From positions 1,454,744 to 1,490,000 of the forward strand of contig NC_133623.1 of the NCBI RefSeq assembly GCF_048593235.1: a stretch of 35,257 bases of DNA, in the 5' to 3' direction. This document shows positions 22,601 through 31,420 of this stretch, piece by piece (the stretch's first letter is position 1; each line of letters starts with the position of its first letter). A program made the position numbers and the translations under genes. The notes under the pieces were generated by a model. The model had not been told where the DNA came from. It did not search any database and was given only the letters and a program-made list of their open reading frames with translations. Origin of the DNA: Sminthopsis crassicaudata (taxonomy: Eukaryota).

Positions 22601-25600
22601 GACATTTAGTCAGTTAATATTAGTACATATTTTACATATATCTCATATTTAGGGATTAAGGCAAGGTTACACAGCAAGTTAACTAGAGGACTTCCACCTT
22701 TTCTGCCTGGTGAGTAAGTGACCAAGCCCAGCATGGTGGAGATATCCTAACAATATGGAAAGAACCCCAGCTTTCTTTAGTCCCTCTGTCCTTCATCATC
22801 CTTCTCTACTGCCCAATGTGGGGAAGTGGTTTTTGGGCACTTAGCCAATGGCTGGGTGACTAAATCTTGTACAGAGAACTGCTATTTGCTGAGCTCAGTT
22901 CCTTGAAGTATGTAATTCTCAATGTCTCACTGGCTCTTGCAAACAAAAAGTGGGATAGGCACGCGTGGAGAGCGACACAGCTGCCGCCCGGACAATTCTG
23001 GGACCAAAGAAGTGATCGGTTAGCTCCGTTAGGACTTACATTTATCTAATTCTTCCTTCAATGTTTCCATTTCATGTCGGTTTCTCTGAAGCTCCTCATT
23101 TGTACATTTTTGAGCTAGAAAAAAACAGAGAGCAAGGAAGAGATTTTGAGTGGAGGTCTTAGCCTAGACTGCCCCCAAATGGTGGGGGGAATGCTAAGAC
23201 CACTAATTTTACAGAGGAGATGATCAAGACTCAATAAGGGGCAGGGACTTAAGATCCTCCAGCAAATGAGTATTACAGGAGCTAAGTTTAAGAAATGTTT
23301 TCCTGAATGAGGATCTAGTAGTGCCTTCTCTTCTGGCCTTTTTGTCCATCTTTTAAAGTCCAGCTCCAGGGTCACCTCCCAGGGGAGGACATTTTCCTCA
23401 GATGTCCTACACAACCAGATTTCATCTTCCTCTGATGGAAGAGAAAGGAAGGAGGATGGAAAGAAAATTAGGGTAGAGGGCCACATTTCTAGAGGGAATT
23501 AGTTTTACCTGGCATCCTGAGCTCCCCAAAAGGCTTAAATTTGGGCCTTCCTCACTCCCCAGCTCACCTTGTTGCAGCTGGTTAATTACGCTGATCATTT
23601 CTTGCATTCTGAAACTATAATCCTCTGTTATGGGAGAGGAGAAAAGTTAGATCTTTGAGTTAATAAAAATAAACATTTACATAGTGCCTTAAGGCCTTCA
23701 AAACACTGTACATGCTAACCCAATGGATTTTCACACATACACCCCTAGGAGATAAGATGCTATTTTTATAAGCCCCATTTTACAGAAAGTAACTTGGCAA
23801 AGGTTAAAGGGGGAGTAAGTGTCTGAGGCTGAATGTGAACTTGGGAAGATGAATTTTCCCCACAATACCATAAAAAAAAAAAATCAAAATCAAACAAATC
23901 CCAAACTCATCAGTGTTGTGCACAGGATTTGGAGTCCCCAAGAGCTGTCCCCAAAGGAGAGGGAGAGATGCGGTTTATGGGAAGGTCTCCCCCCACCTTG
24001 CCCCATTTCCTCTTTCTGTTTAAGTAAGAGGCCTTTGTTGATTCCATACACTTTACTCCATGTTAACAGAGAAATGTTCAGGGCAGTCCATGGGCAAAGA
24101 AGTTCTAAACCCGGGCTCTGTGAACTTGCTGTCTTTTCAGGGTTTTGGTAACTGTATTTCAGTCTAATTAGTTCTCTTCTTCATTCTATGTTATTTGATT
24201 TTGTGCATTTAAACCTTCTGAGAAGGGGTTCAGAGGTTTTACCAGACTACCAAAGGGGTCTATGACACACAAAAAGGCAAAGATCCATGGATCCCAGGGC
24301 TATAAGATTTTGATTCCTTGTTCAATTGTTTTTTTTTTTCAATTATGTCCCACTGTTTGTGACCCCATTGGGGTTTTCTTGGCAAGGATGGTAGAAAGGT
24401 TAGCCATTTCCTCCTTCAGATTATTTTACAGATTAGAAAACTGAGGCAAATGGTGAAGTGACTTGCCTAGGGTCACAGAGCTAGGAAGTATCTGAGGGTG
24501 GACTGGAACCCTGCTCTTCCTGGCTCTAGGTGCTCTATCCAGTATTCCATCTAGCAGCCCATTCCCTGTCACCATGCACAAATCACCGTAGACCTATTTG
24601 TTTCCTTCCCTGTAAAATAAATATGTCCAAAATGAAGACCATCATCAGACCCTTGTCTCCATTCCAGGAAGATCTCCTTACTGCTTTAAGGTCACTCACA
24701 AGCCAACACTAATTCCTCAGAGGCTTGGGTTGATCTTAGAGGAAGATTTTCTTCTCCTAAGTGTATCACTAGGCCTGTATTCCTACCTATAAAAGGAGAA
24801 AGTTGGCTCTAATGATCTCTCTAACATCTTTCTTGTCTCCTGAGGAATCTGTATGTTGATCAAGAAGCAACAGCTGGAACCAAACATGGATCAATTGATT
24901 GGTTGAAGAGTGGAAAAGAAGTGTGACAAGGCTATATATTGTCACTTATAAGTAGAGTGCATCATAAGAAATGCCAGGCTGGATGAATCCAAAGCCAGAA
25001 TTAAGGTTGCTGGGAGAAACATCAACCATCTTAGTTATGCAGCTGATGCCATAGTGAAAAAGAATGAGGAAGTCTCTGATGGTGAAAAAGGAGAGTGTAA
25101 AAGTTGGCTTGAAACTTAATATAAAAAATAGTAAACACTAAGATTAGAGCATCTAGTCTCATCATTTCCTAACAAATAAAGGGAGAAGAAGTAGAAGCAG
25201 AAGCAGTGTCCATCTTATATTCTTGGACTCAACGATCACTGTGGATGGCAACTGCAGTAATGAGATTAAAAGTTGGCTGTTTCTTGGAAGAAAAGCTCTG
25301 GCAAATCTGTGCAGATTAAAAGCAGAGACATCACCTTGCCAGCAAAGGTCGGGCAAGTCAAAACTATGGTTTTTTCAGTAGTGATGTAGGTCTGTGAGAG
25401 TTGAACTATAAGGAAAGCTGAGTGCCCTAGAATCGATGCTTCTGAATTGTGATGCTGGAGAAGACTTTTGAGAACCCCTTGGACAACAAGGAGATCAAAT
25501 CAATCAGTACTTAGAGAAATGAATTTATACTATTCACTGGAAACTGGAAGTATTTTTTGGCCATAAAGTGAAAAGACATGACTCACTGGGAAAGATGCAG

Positions 25601-28438
25601 CCCTGAAGTTAGGAGGACCCGAGTTCAAATCTGGCCTCAGACACTTAACCCTTTCTAGCTGTGTGACCCTGGGCAAGTCACTTAACCTCAATTGCTTCAG
25701 GAAAAAAAAAAGAGAAGGATGTGGCAGAGCTGGATAGAGTACAACTAACATGAGCCTGGCCAGACTTTGGGAGGTAGTGCAGGATAAAAAGGCCATAGAT
25801 AAGATCACTAAAAGTTATAAACAACCGAACAGCAACAACCAACCTTCCAATTCTGAAATCCTAAGAAATTGTACCTCAATGATCTGATAATGATAAGGTT
25901 AGTGGCAGTCAGAGAGTTGTTAAAATCCCCTTTTGGTCGGCACAGGTTCTTTGTGAAGGAATTCACTAAACGGAAATATTATTTGGCAAAAATAGAAATT
26001 TATTGTTGGATAGGAAGCCAGTTTTGATAAGAGACTGACTTCTTTAGTGGAAAAGTACTATTAGGGAAATGGAGGCTGGCACTGAGAATTCGATAGGAAG
26101 CCAGTTTTGCTAAGAGACTGACTTCTTTAGTGGAAAAGTACTATTAGGGAAATGGAGGCTGGCACTGAGAATGCTTTCTCAGTGGGCAAGGTCCTAGCAG
26201 TTTTACCAAAGAGGCAGAGCAAGCTGCTTTGGCCATTCTGCAAAGAAATGAGTAAAAGGAAACTTGTTATATGAGTAGTTCTTAGTAAGGAGGGGGTGCA
26301 GTGCTGGGGCAACCTGAGCTGATCAGACTAGAATTTCTCAATTAAATGAGAATTTAGAATTTCCTGAATAAGGATGTGACTTTTCCAAAAGATCAATGGG
26401 AGTTGATTTGCCCTTAAATAGTGTTGCTTCTCTCATCCTGGGAGGATGGGCCCTCTCTCTAGACCCCTTAGAGCCTGGGAGAGCCTCATCTCTCAGAGCA
26501 AAAGCGGACACAATTTCAGAGTGATAATTTTAAAGAAAACACAATTTCACTTCCCCTTCCATAATAGTTCACATTTTGATAGTGCCATAAGGTCTATAAA
26601 GAATTTTACAAATCCAATTCCAATTGATTAATGATGGACAGAATCAGCTACATCCAGAAAAGGAACACTGAGAAATGAGTGTAAACTGTTATTTTTACCT
26701 TCTGAATCCAATTCTTCCTGTGCAACAAAAAATTCGGTTCTACACACATATATTGTATCTAGAATATACTGTAATATATTTAACATGTATAAGACTGCCT
26801 GCCATCTGGGAGGGGGTTGGGGGAGGAAGGGAAAAAATCTGAACAGAAGTAAGTGCAAGGGATAATGTTGTAAAAAATTACCCATGCATATGTACTGTCA
26901 AAAAAAAAGTTATAATTATAAAATAAAATAAAAATTAAATTATAAAAAAAAATAAGATTATGTAACATAAAAAAAAAGAATTTTACACATATTATCTCAT
27001 TTTATCCTCATCACCCCATGAAGTGGGTGCTATGATTATTCCCTTTTTATAGGCAAGAAAACTAAGACTTAAGAGGAGTTAAAGTGGCGCTTCCCTAGTG
27101 TCTGAGGTAAGATTAGAACTCGGTCACTCATTTCCCCAAGCCCAGAAATCTCTCTATTTCCATTACACTGCCTCTGATACGGAAAGGGAGTCCAGTCAGC
27201 CTCACTTGCAGCTTGGCTGAGCTCCTCCATTTCCACTGCTCTTTGGCAATGCTTTTTGCCATGCTTCCTCTTTAACTCCCTGTGCTTCCTTTTGACTTGG
27301 AATCTCATTTGAGATGAACCCTTTGATTGTCATTCAGGGGCTGTTACTGATTTTCCCCCTTTAGAAAGATCTGAATTGCTCAAAGGAAGAGTGCTTGCCA
27401 ATGATCTAGTCAAGGGGGTCCAGAGAGGGGTCACTCAGAGTCAGTAACCTGTGGCAAAGCTACAAAATGAGTAGGCATACAATTACCTTCCTCCATCCTG
27501 TTGAACAGCCAGAGCAGGTCTTCTGCTATCACCAAATATGTGAATTTCCTAAGGAATAAACAAAATATAGTTACGGAAAAGTAAGGATCAAATCTCACTT
27601 TATACTTAGAAAAAGGCCTGCCAGTAAATTGCAGAATTTAAATGGGGGCATAGATTTGTTTATTTCTTTTGTAAAGGGATTTCTTAACTATCTCAGCCCT
27701 TTCTAGGGGCCCAAAGACCTGGAGAAAGTAGTTTCTTTCCAGAGTGGTTCTACATTATTTTCCGGATCTTCATCACTTCTTTCAGAGAAATGAAATAGGG
27801 AGCAAGAGAAATCCTGATGAAGGGAGTTACCTAGCCAGGACCACAGAAGGGATTAAGGCTAGGCAGTTCCTCAAGTCCATGGATGCTTCTGGAAGACCAC
27901 AAGAAATGTAATGGAGACTCCCGGTGATCCATGATTAAATTAAGAAGCAACAACAAAGAAGGGGACGCATTTCAGGGACCCCTGAGCAGCATTTAAAGAG
28001 ATTGGGCCTGGTTTGTTGCCCCTGGGGGCCTGCTCCTCCAGGCCAGGCCTTGGCCCCTCAGGGCCTGCTCCCGCCACACCTCCTGGGGGCGCCTCTGCTC
28101 CGGGCCATGCGGCCGCCTCTGCTCCTCCCCCCCTCCTCAGGCTCCCTGACGCGCCACAGCGCCCTCTCTCCGCCTCCCACTCCCGCTCCCCGCCAAGACG
28201 CCAACCTCCTTAAGGCCAGCTCCGGGCTACCACCGCCACCTCTGCTCCCCCCCAAGCAGTCACCACCCTGCTGTGGTCCATGCCGCAGGCTACCACCCTG
28301 GGGGCGGGGGGGGGGCTCCAGCTCCCGGCTGTGCAACAGCTCAAGGCTGCTCCCACCAACAAGCCACCACCCCTGTTCTCTCTCAGCCATGGGGTCCTGT
28401 GGCCCCTCAGGTGGCCCCTCTCCCAACAGCCCCTCCAT
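14117..28438 (-). CDS. SYCE1L: Synaptonemal complex central element protein 1 family (SYCE1/SYCE1L), coiled-coil, ~335-345 aa full model
   Basis: Hand-built exons: 28371-28438 (MEGLLGEGPPEGPQDPMAEREQ, least certain), 27487-27548 (KFTYLVIAEDLLWLFNRMEE), 23568-23624 (EDYSFRMQEMISVINQLQQ), 23040-23114 (AQKCTNEELQRNRHEMETLKEELDK), 21903-21950 (LNLETVQLEETLSMKQ), 21728-21782 (GTLLLLQEHRREEEKKLL), 19013-~19099 (..IANLNAKIQEEKLRRKKL; 5' end unclear), 18211-18274 (RMEFEQQLEDLMQKHKDLMEFH), 17761-17827, 17406-17541 (..FLRSKEAAAA), 17223-17312 (RLFEDENKKAVEFLEAASQNYQLL), optional 17075-17104, 14355-14472, 14117-14197 (TAA). Motifs and exon sizes 75/48/55/64/67 match human SYCE1 as recalled. The symbol is chosen from position next to MON1B; the architecture looks more like SYCE1. 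Confidence 0.85.
14790..15480 (+). mobile_element. Old LINE-1 fragments interrupted by a (GT)n repeat
   Basis: Degenerate ORF2-like sequence (aactatttggtattggctaagaaa...gaccaatatctgacaacatttaccaaaataaagtcaaaatggg) followed by a 3' UTR-like A-rich end. Confidence 0.7.
15185..15228 (+). repeat. (GT)22 microsatellite
   Basis: Counted directly. Confidence 0.97.
15600..15940 (+). mobile_element. L2 3'-end remnant
   Basis: Resembles the L2 3' region (gactcagctcaaat..., gggcagggacc...gtgcttagc...cctggcacatagg...aatgcttg). Confidence 0.5.
16290..16560 (+). mobile_element. L2 internal remnant
   Basis: L2-like motifs aaactcatcttttctccc and caatcagtcaccaagtcc. Confidence 0.5.
16878..16883 (-). terminator. 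Candidate proximal (intronic) poly(A) signal of the SYCE1-like gene
   Basis: AATAAA on minus ~190 nt after an in-frame TGA (17071-17073) reached if the 17074 donor is not used. Confidence 0.45.
19345..19990 (+). mobile_element. LINE-1 3' fragment with a nested short L1 3' end ending in (AC)n
   Basis: ORF2-end-like sequence at 19345-19443 resumes at ~19636 (gatgtgatgatcaattgtgatagacttgg). The interval between is a separate L1 3' UTR tip plus (AC)25. Confidence 0.7.
19582..19631 (+). repeat. (AC)25 microsatellite
   Basis: Counted directly. Confidence 0.97.
20030..20190 (-). mobile_element. LINE-1 3' UTR tip (minus)
   Basis: Reverse complement resembles the L1 tip at 19445-19580 (cttgcaaaacctt...ccaaattttttttctccc...cccctagat). 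Confidence 0.65.
20290..20510 (+). mobile_element. L2 3'-end remnant
   Basis: cttcttgagggcagggacc...tgtatccccc...gtgcttagc...acagtg...taaatgcttactg is typical of the L2 3' end. Confidence 0.65.
20925..21540 (+). mobile_element. Old LINE-1 3' fragment
   Basis: Degenerate ORF2 end / 3' UTR (ctggaaagcaatttggaactatg..., tatgaactgatgagagccagaacaatgtac). Confidence 0.7.
23670..23870 (-). mobile_element. MIR/Mar-type SINE remnant
   Basis: Core-like cccattttacagaaagtaac...ggttaa...gtctgaggctgaatgtgaact. Confidence 0.55.
24330..24560 (-). mobile_element. Mar1-type CORE-SINE
   Basis: gaccccattggggttttcttggcaagg...gccatttcctcc...aaactgaggc...gtgacttgcctagggtcacagagctagg...ctagcagcccc. Confidence 0.8.
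24845..25840 (+). mobile_element. RTE/BovB-type LINE 3' fragment, interrupted by a SINE
   Basis: gacatcaccttgccagcaaaggtc...tatggttttttcagtagtgatgt...aaggaaagctgagtgcc..gaatcgatgcttctgaattgtgatgctggagaagacttttgaga...ggagatcaaat is characteristic of RTE/BovB; ends in a caacaac-type tail. Confidence 0.8.
25598..25711 (+). mobile_element. WSINE1-type SINE (5'-truncated) nested in the RTE
   Basis: gccctgaagttaggaggacccgagttcaaatctggcctcagacacttaac...ctagctgtgtgaccctgggcaagtcacttaac...aattgcttcagg + A10 tail; little decay. Confidence 0.85.
25918..26573 (-). mobile_element. Probable solo ERV LTR (~656 bp)
   Basis: TG...CA termini. On minus: TATA-like ATATAA at 26267-26272 and AATAAA at 25999-26004, ~80 nt from the 3' end, with an internal tandem duplication. 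No clean target-site duplication found. Confidence 0.55.
26009..26174 (+). repeat. 83-bp tandem duplication (2 copies, 81/83 identical)
   Basis: 26009-26091 vs 26092-26174, gataggaagccagttttg(a/c)taagagactgac...ggcactgagaat(t/g)c. Confidence 0.97.
26620..26980 (+). mobile_element. LINE-1 3' UTR fragment with A-rich tail
   Basis: attgattaatgatggacagaatcagctacatccagaaaaggaacactg...; A-rich tail at 26905-26977. Confidence 0.85.
26985..27160 (-). mobile_element. MIR-type SINE remnant
   Basis: attatctcattttatcctcatcacc...gaagtgggtgctatgattattccctttttataggcaagaaaactaagac...gtgtctgagg. Confidence 0.6.
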
Positions 28439-28544
28439 CCAGGCTCCTGAGCTCAGGATGCACAGCCCTTTGGCCTGCGGATGGCCTGGGGGAATAAAGC
28501 ATTTGGGGGTTCCCCAAACCCGTTTAACCCGGCCCTGCTCCCTC

Positions 28545-28800
28545 ACTCACCCTTCCGCGTGAAGCTCCCGGTCACAAGTGTGGAGAGCAACCCCCTTTCC
28601 CGCTCTTTTTATTGCGGAGAGCGCATGCATGGAGTGAAGTGGTCTTACTGAACCCTGCACAGTGCTGCACCCCGGATGATACTGCGCCTTCCGCCCAAGA
28701 AAGAAGTTCGAAGCGCCCAGCCAGAGATGCGCACGCGCACCCCGCCTCACCTCGCCATGCCCTTTCACCCCTTTCTCCCTCCTTTTCCCGCCACCCCCTG
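28545..28800 (-). promoter_or_regulatory. CpG-island promoter of the SYCE1-like gene with germline-gene-type motifs
   Basis: E2F sites TTTCCCGC at 28596-28603 and 28784-28791; NRF1-type TGCGCACGCGCA at 28728-28739 and GCGCATGCA at 28621-28629; variant E-box TCACGCG (minus, 28556-28562); strong donor GTGAGT at 28545-28550. Confidence 0.7.
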
Positions 28801-29580
28801 CGTCACCTCTTCCCTCCTCAGCCCTCTGCGCCCCCCCAAATCTCCAAGTAGTTACACTTTTATGCTTGGAGAAGGGATGGAGCTGCGCTCCCCTCCCGCC
28901 CTAGAGTAGTGGCGGTGCCGCAGCGGAAGGCCCAGAGGAGAGCAGGGCCCTCCCCGCCACCGGGGCATCGAAGACCAGGGTGAGTAGGAAATTCTGGCCC
29001 TGGGGGTGTGGAAGCAGCAGGCAGTTGGGCGGCCCGGGTACTACCCCGGACCGGAGCCGAGTGCTGGATTCCCATCCGGTCTCAGGTACTGCCTGGCGGG
29101 TGGCAGCCTTAACTTGGGCTTCAGTTTCCTCAATTGTGAAAGGATTTGCCTCCCAGGGTTGGGGGAGGGATCTAGTAATGGCGGAGGAACTGAGCAGGAT
29201 AGGGATTACAGAGCATTTAATACAGGATTTATTCACTGGACAGATTTACTGGGACCAGTGGATCCAGGGTTGGTCCCGGGGCTCCAAGAATCCAGCCCTG
29301 AATGGCCCATACAAGGTAACTAGGAATGGTGGAGGTACAGGATGAGGATGACGTCATGGAGGGAGGTACTGGAGAGGCTCCTGGTATTCTACTGATGTCC
29401 AAAATGGATAAAGACCTTTATCCCTTCAAACATGAAGAGGGAATGACTGTAGCCTAAGGCCTAAGATAGAATGAGAGGGAATGGTGCTAACCTGAGGCAG
29501 AGTCACTGAATGGGACAATCAGGGAAACCGGGTCAGGACAGTAAAAGGGATTTGTGGCCCAACACTTGGATGAGATGATG

Positions 29581-29581
29581 C

Positions 29582-29613
<32 letters not shown>

Positions 29614-30292
29614 TTTATTATATATATATTTTTATAACATTATCCCTTGTATTCATTTTTCCAAATTATCCCCTCCCTCCCTCCACTCCCTCCCCCCATG
29701 GCAGGTAATCCCATACATTTTACATGTGTTACAATATAACCTAGATACAATATATGTGTGTAAATACCATTTTCTTGTTGCACATTAATTATTAGCTTCC
29801 GAAGGTATAAGTAACCTGGGTAGATAGACAGTAGTGCTAACAGTTTACATTCACTTCCCAGTGTTTCTTCTCTGGGTGTAGTTATTTCTGTCCATCATTG
29901 ATCAACTGGAAGTGAGTTGGATCTTCTTTATGTTGAAGAAATCCACTTCCATTAGAATACATCTTCATACAGCATTGAAGTGTACAGAGATCTTCTGGTT
30001 CTGTTCATTTCACTCAGCATCAGTTCCTGTCAGTCTCTCCAGGCCTCTCTGTATTCCTCCTGCTGGTCATTTCTTACAGAGCAATAATATTCCATAACCT
30101 TCATATACCACAATTTACCCAACCATTCTCCAACTGATGGACATCCATTCATCTTCCAGTTTCTAGCTACAACAAAAAGAGCCGCCACAAACATTTTGGC
30201 ACATATATGTCTCTTTCCGCTCTTTAGTATTTCTTTGGGATATAATCCCAGTAGTAGCGCTGTTGGGTCAAAGGGTATGCACAGTTTGATAA
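29581..30292 (-). mobile_element. Young 5'-truncated LINE-1 (same subfamily as 11070-12523)
   Basis: Poly-T at 29582-29608; the reverse-complement 3' UTR aligns by eye with 12200-12520; ORF2 end at ~30000-30290. Confidence 0.92.
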
Positions 30293-30344
30293 CAGCATTT
30301 ATGTAGAGGCAGTTCTGTTAGTGTTTGAGGGGCTATGATAATGG

Positions 30345-31182
30345 TTTTTTGTTTAAAGTTATTTTTTAAATTTTATAATTATAATTTTTTGACAGTACAG
30401 ATGCATTCATATTTTTTTTTTAACATTATCCCTTGTACTCCCTTCTATTCCGAATTTTCTGTCCTTCCCTCCGCCCCCTCCCCTAGATAACAGGCAGTCC
30501 CATACATGTTAAATGTCTTATAGTATATCCAAGATACAATATATGTGTGTAAATCCAAATTTCTTGTTGCACAGGGAGAATTGGATTTAAAGGTAAAAAT
30601 AACCTGGGAAGAAAGACAAAAGTGCAAACAGTTTACACTCATTTCCCAGTGTTCCTTCTCTGGGTGTAGCTGATTCTGTCCATCATTGATCAATTGGAAC
30701 TGAATTAGCTCTTCTCTATGTTGAAGATATCCACTTCAATCAGAATACATCCTCATACAGTATTGTTGTTGAAGTGTACAGTGATCTTCTGGTTCTGCTC
30801 ATTTCACTCAGCATCAGTTGATTTAAGTCTCTCCAGGCCTTTCTGTATTCCTCCTGCTGGTCATTTCTTACAGAACAATAGTATTCCATAACCTTCATAT
30901 ACCATAATTTACCCAACCATTCTCCATTTGATGGACATCCATTCAGTTTCCAGTTTCTGGCCACTATGAAAAGGGCTGCCACAAACATTTTGGCACCCAC
31001 AGGTCCCTTTCCCCTCTTTAGTATTTCTTTGGGATATAAGCCCAGTAGTTAACACTGCTGGGTCAAAGGGGATGCACAGTTTGATAACTTTTTGGGCATA
31101 ATTCCAAATTGCTCTCCAGAATGGTTGGATTCGTTCACAACTCCACCAACAATGCATCAGTGTCCCAGTTTTCCAACATCCC
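30345..31182 (-). mobile_element. 5'-truncated LINE-1 with target-site duplication
   Basis: ORF track fragments MFVAALFIVARNWKLNGCPS and HCWWSCERIQPFWRAIWNYAQK; flanked by TTGAGGGGCTAT at 30325-30336 and 31183-31194. Confidence 0.92.
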
Positions 31183-31219
31183 TTGAGGGGCTATAATAGC
31201 CTTTCTCTAGTAAGAGGGT

Positions 31220-31420
31220 AGGGTAGCCAGGTATCAAAATGCAAGACCTGAGTCCCACACCCTGCCTTCAGAAATTTCCTGACTCTGGGCAAGTCCCTTA
31301 GCTCTCCTTGCCTCAGTTTCCTCATCTGTCAAATGAGCTGGACAAGGAAATGACTAATCACTAGAGGATCTTTGCCAAGAAAGGCCCCAAATGGGGTCAT
31401 GGAGAGTTGGACAAACAACA
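31220..31420 (+). mobile_element. Mar1-type CORE-SINE
   Basis: ctgggcaagtccctt...tgcctcagtttcctcatctgtcaaatgagctggacaaggaaatg...atctttgccaagaaaggccccaaatggggtcatggagagttggac. Confidence 0.8.

Noticed and set aside
23115-23486. Strong acceptor at ~23430 opening 'EEDEIWLCRTSEEN...'
   Set aside because: No similarity to SYCE1, and the true next exon (23040-23114) fits phase, size and sequence. At most a cryptic site.
26009-26174. Direct repeats considered as a CRISPR-like array or RNA gene
   Set aside because: Only two contiguous units with no spacers in a mammalian LTR-like context. No tRNA, rRNA or CRISPR features are supported anywhere in the window; tRNA-like boxes belong to SINEs.
28002-28562. 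186-aa plus and 162-aa minus ORFs near the SYCE1-like promoter
   Set aside because: GC-rich low complexity; only the 68-nt part 28371-28438 is supported as a coding exon.
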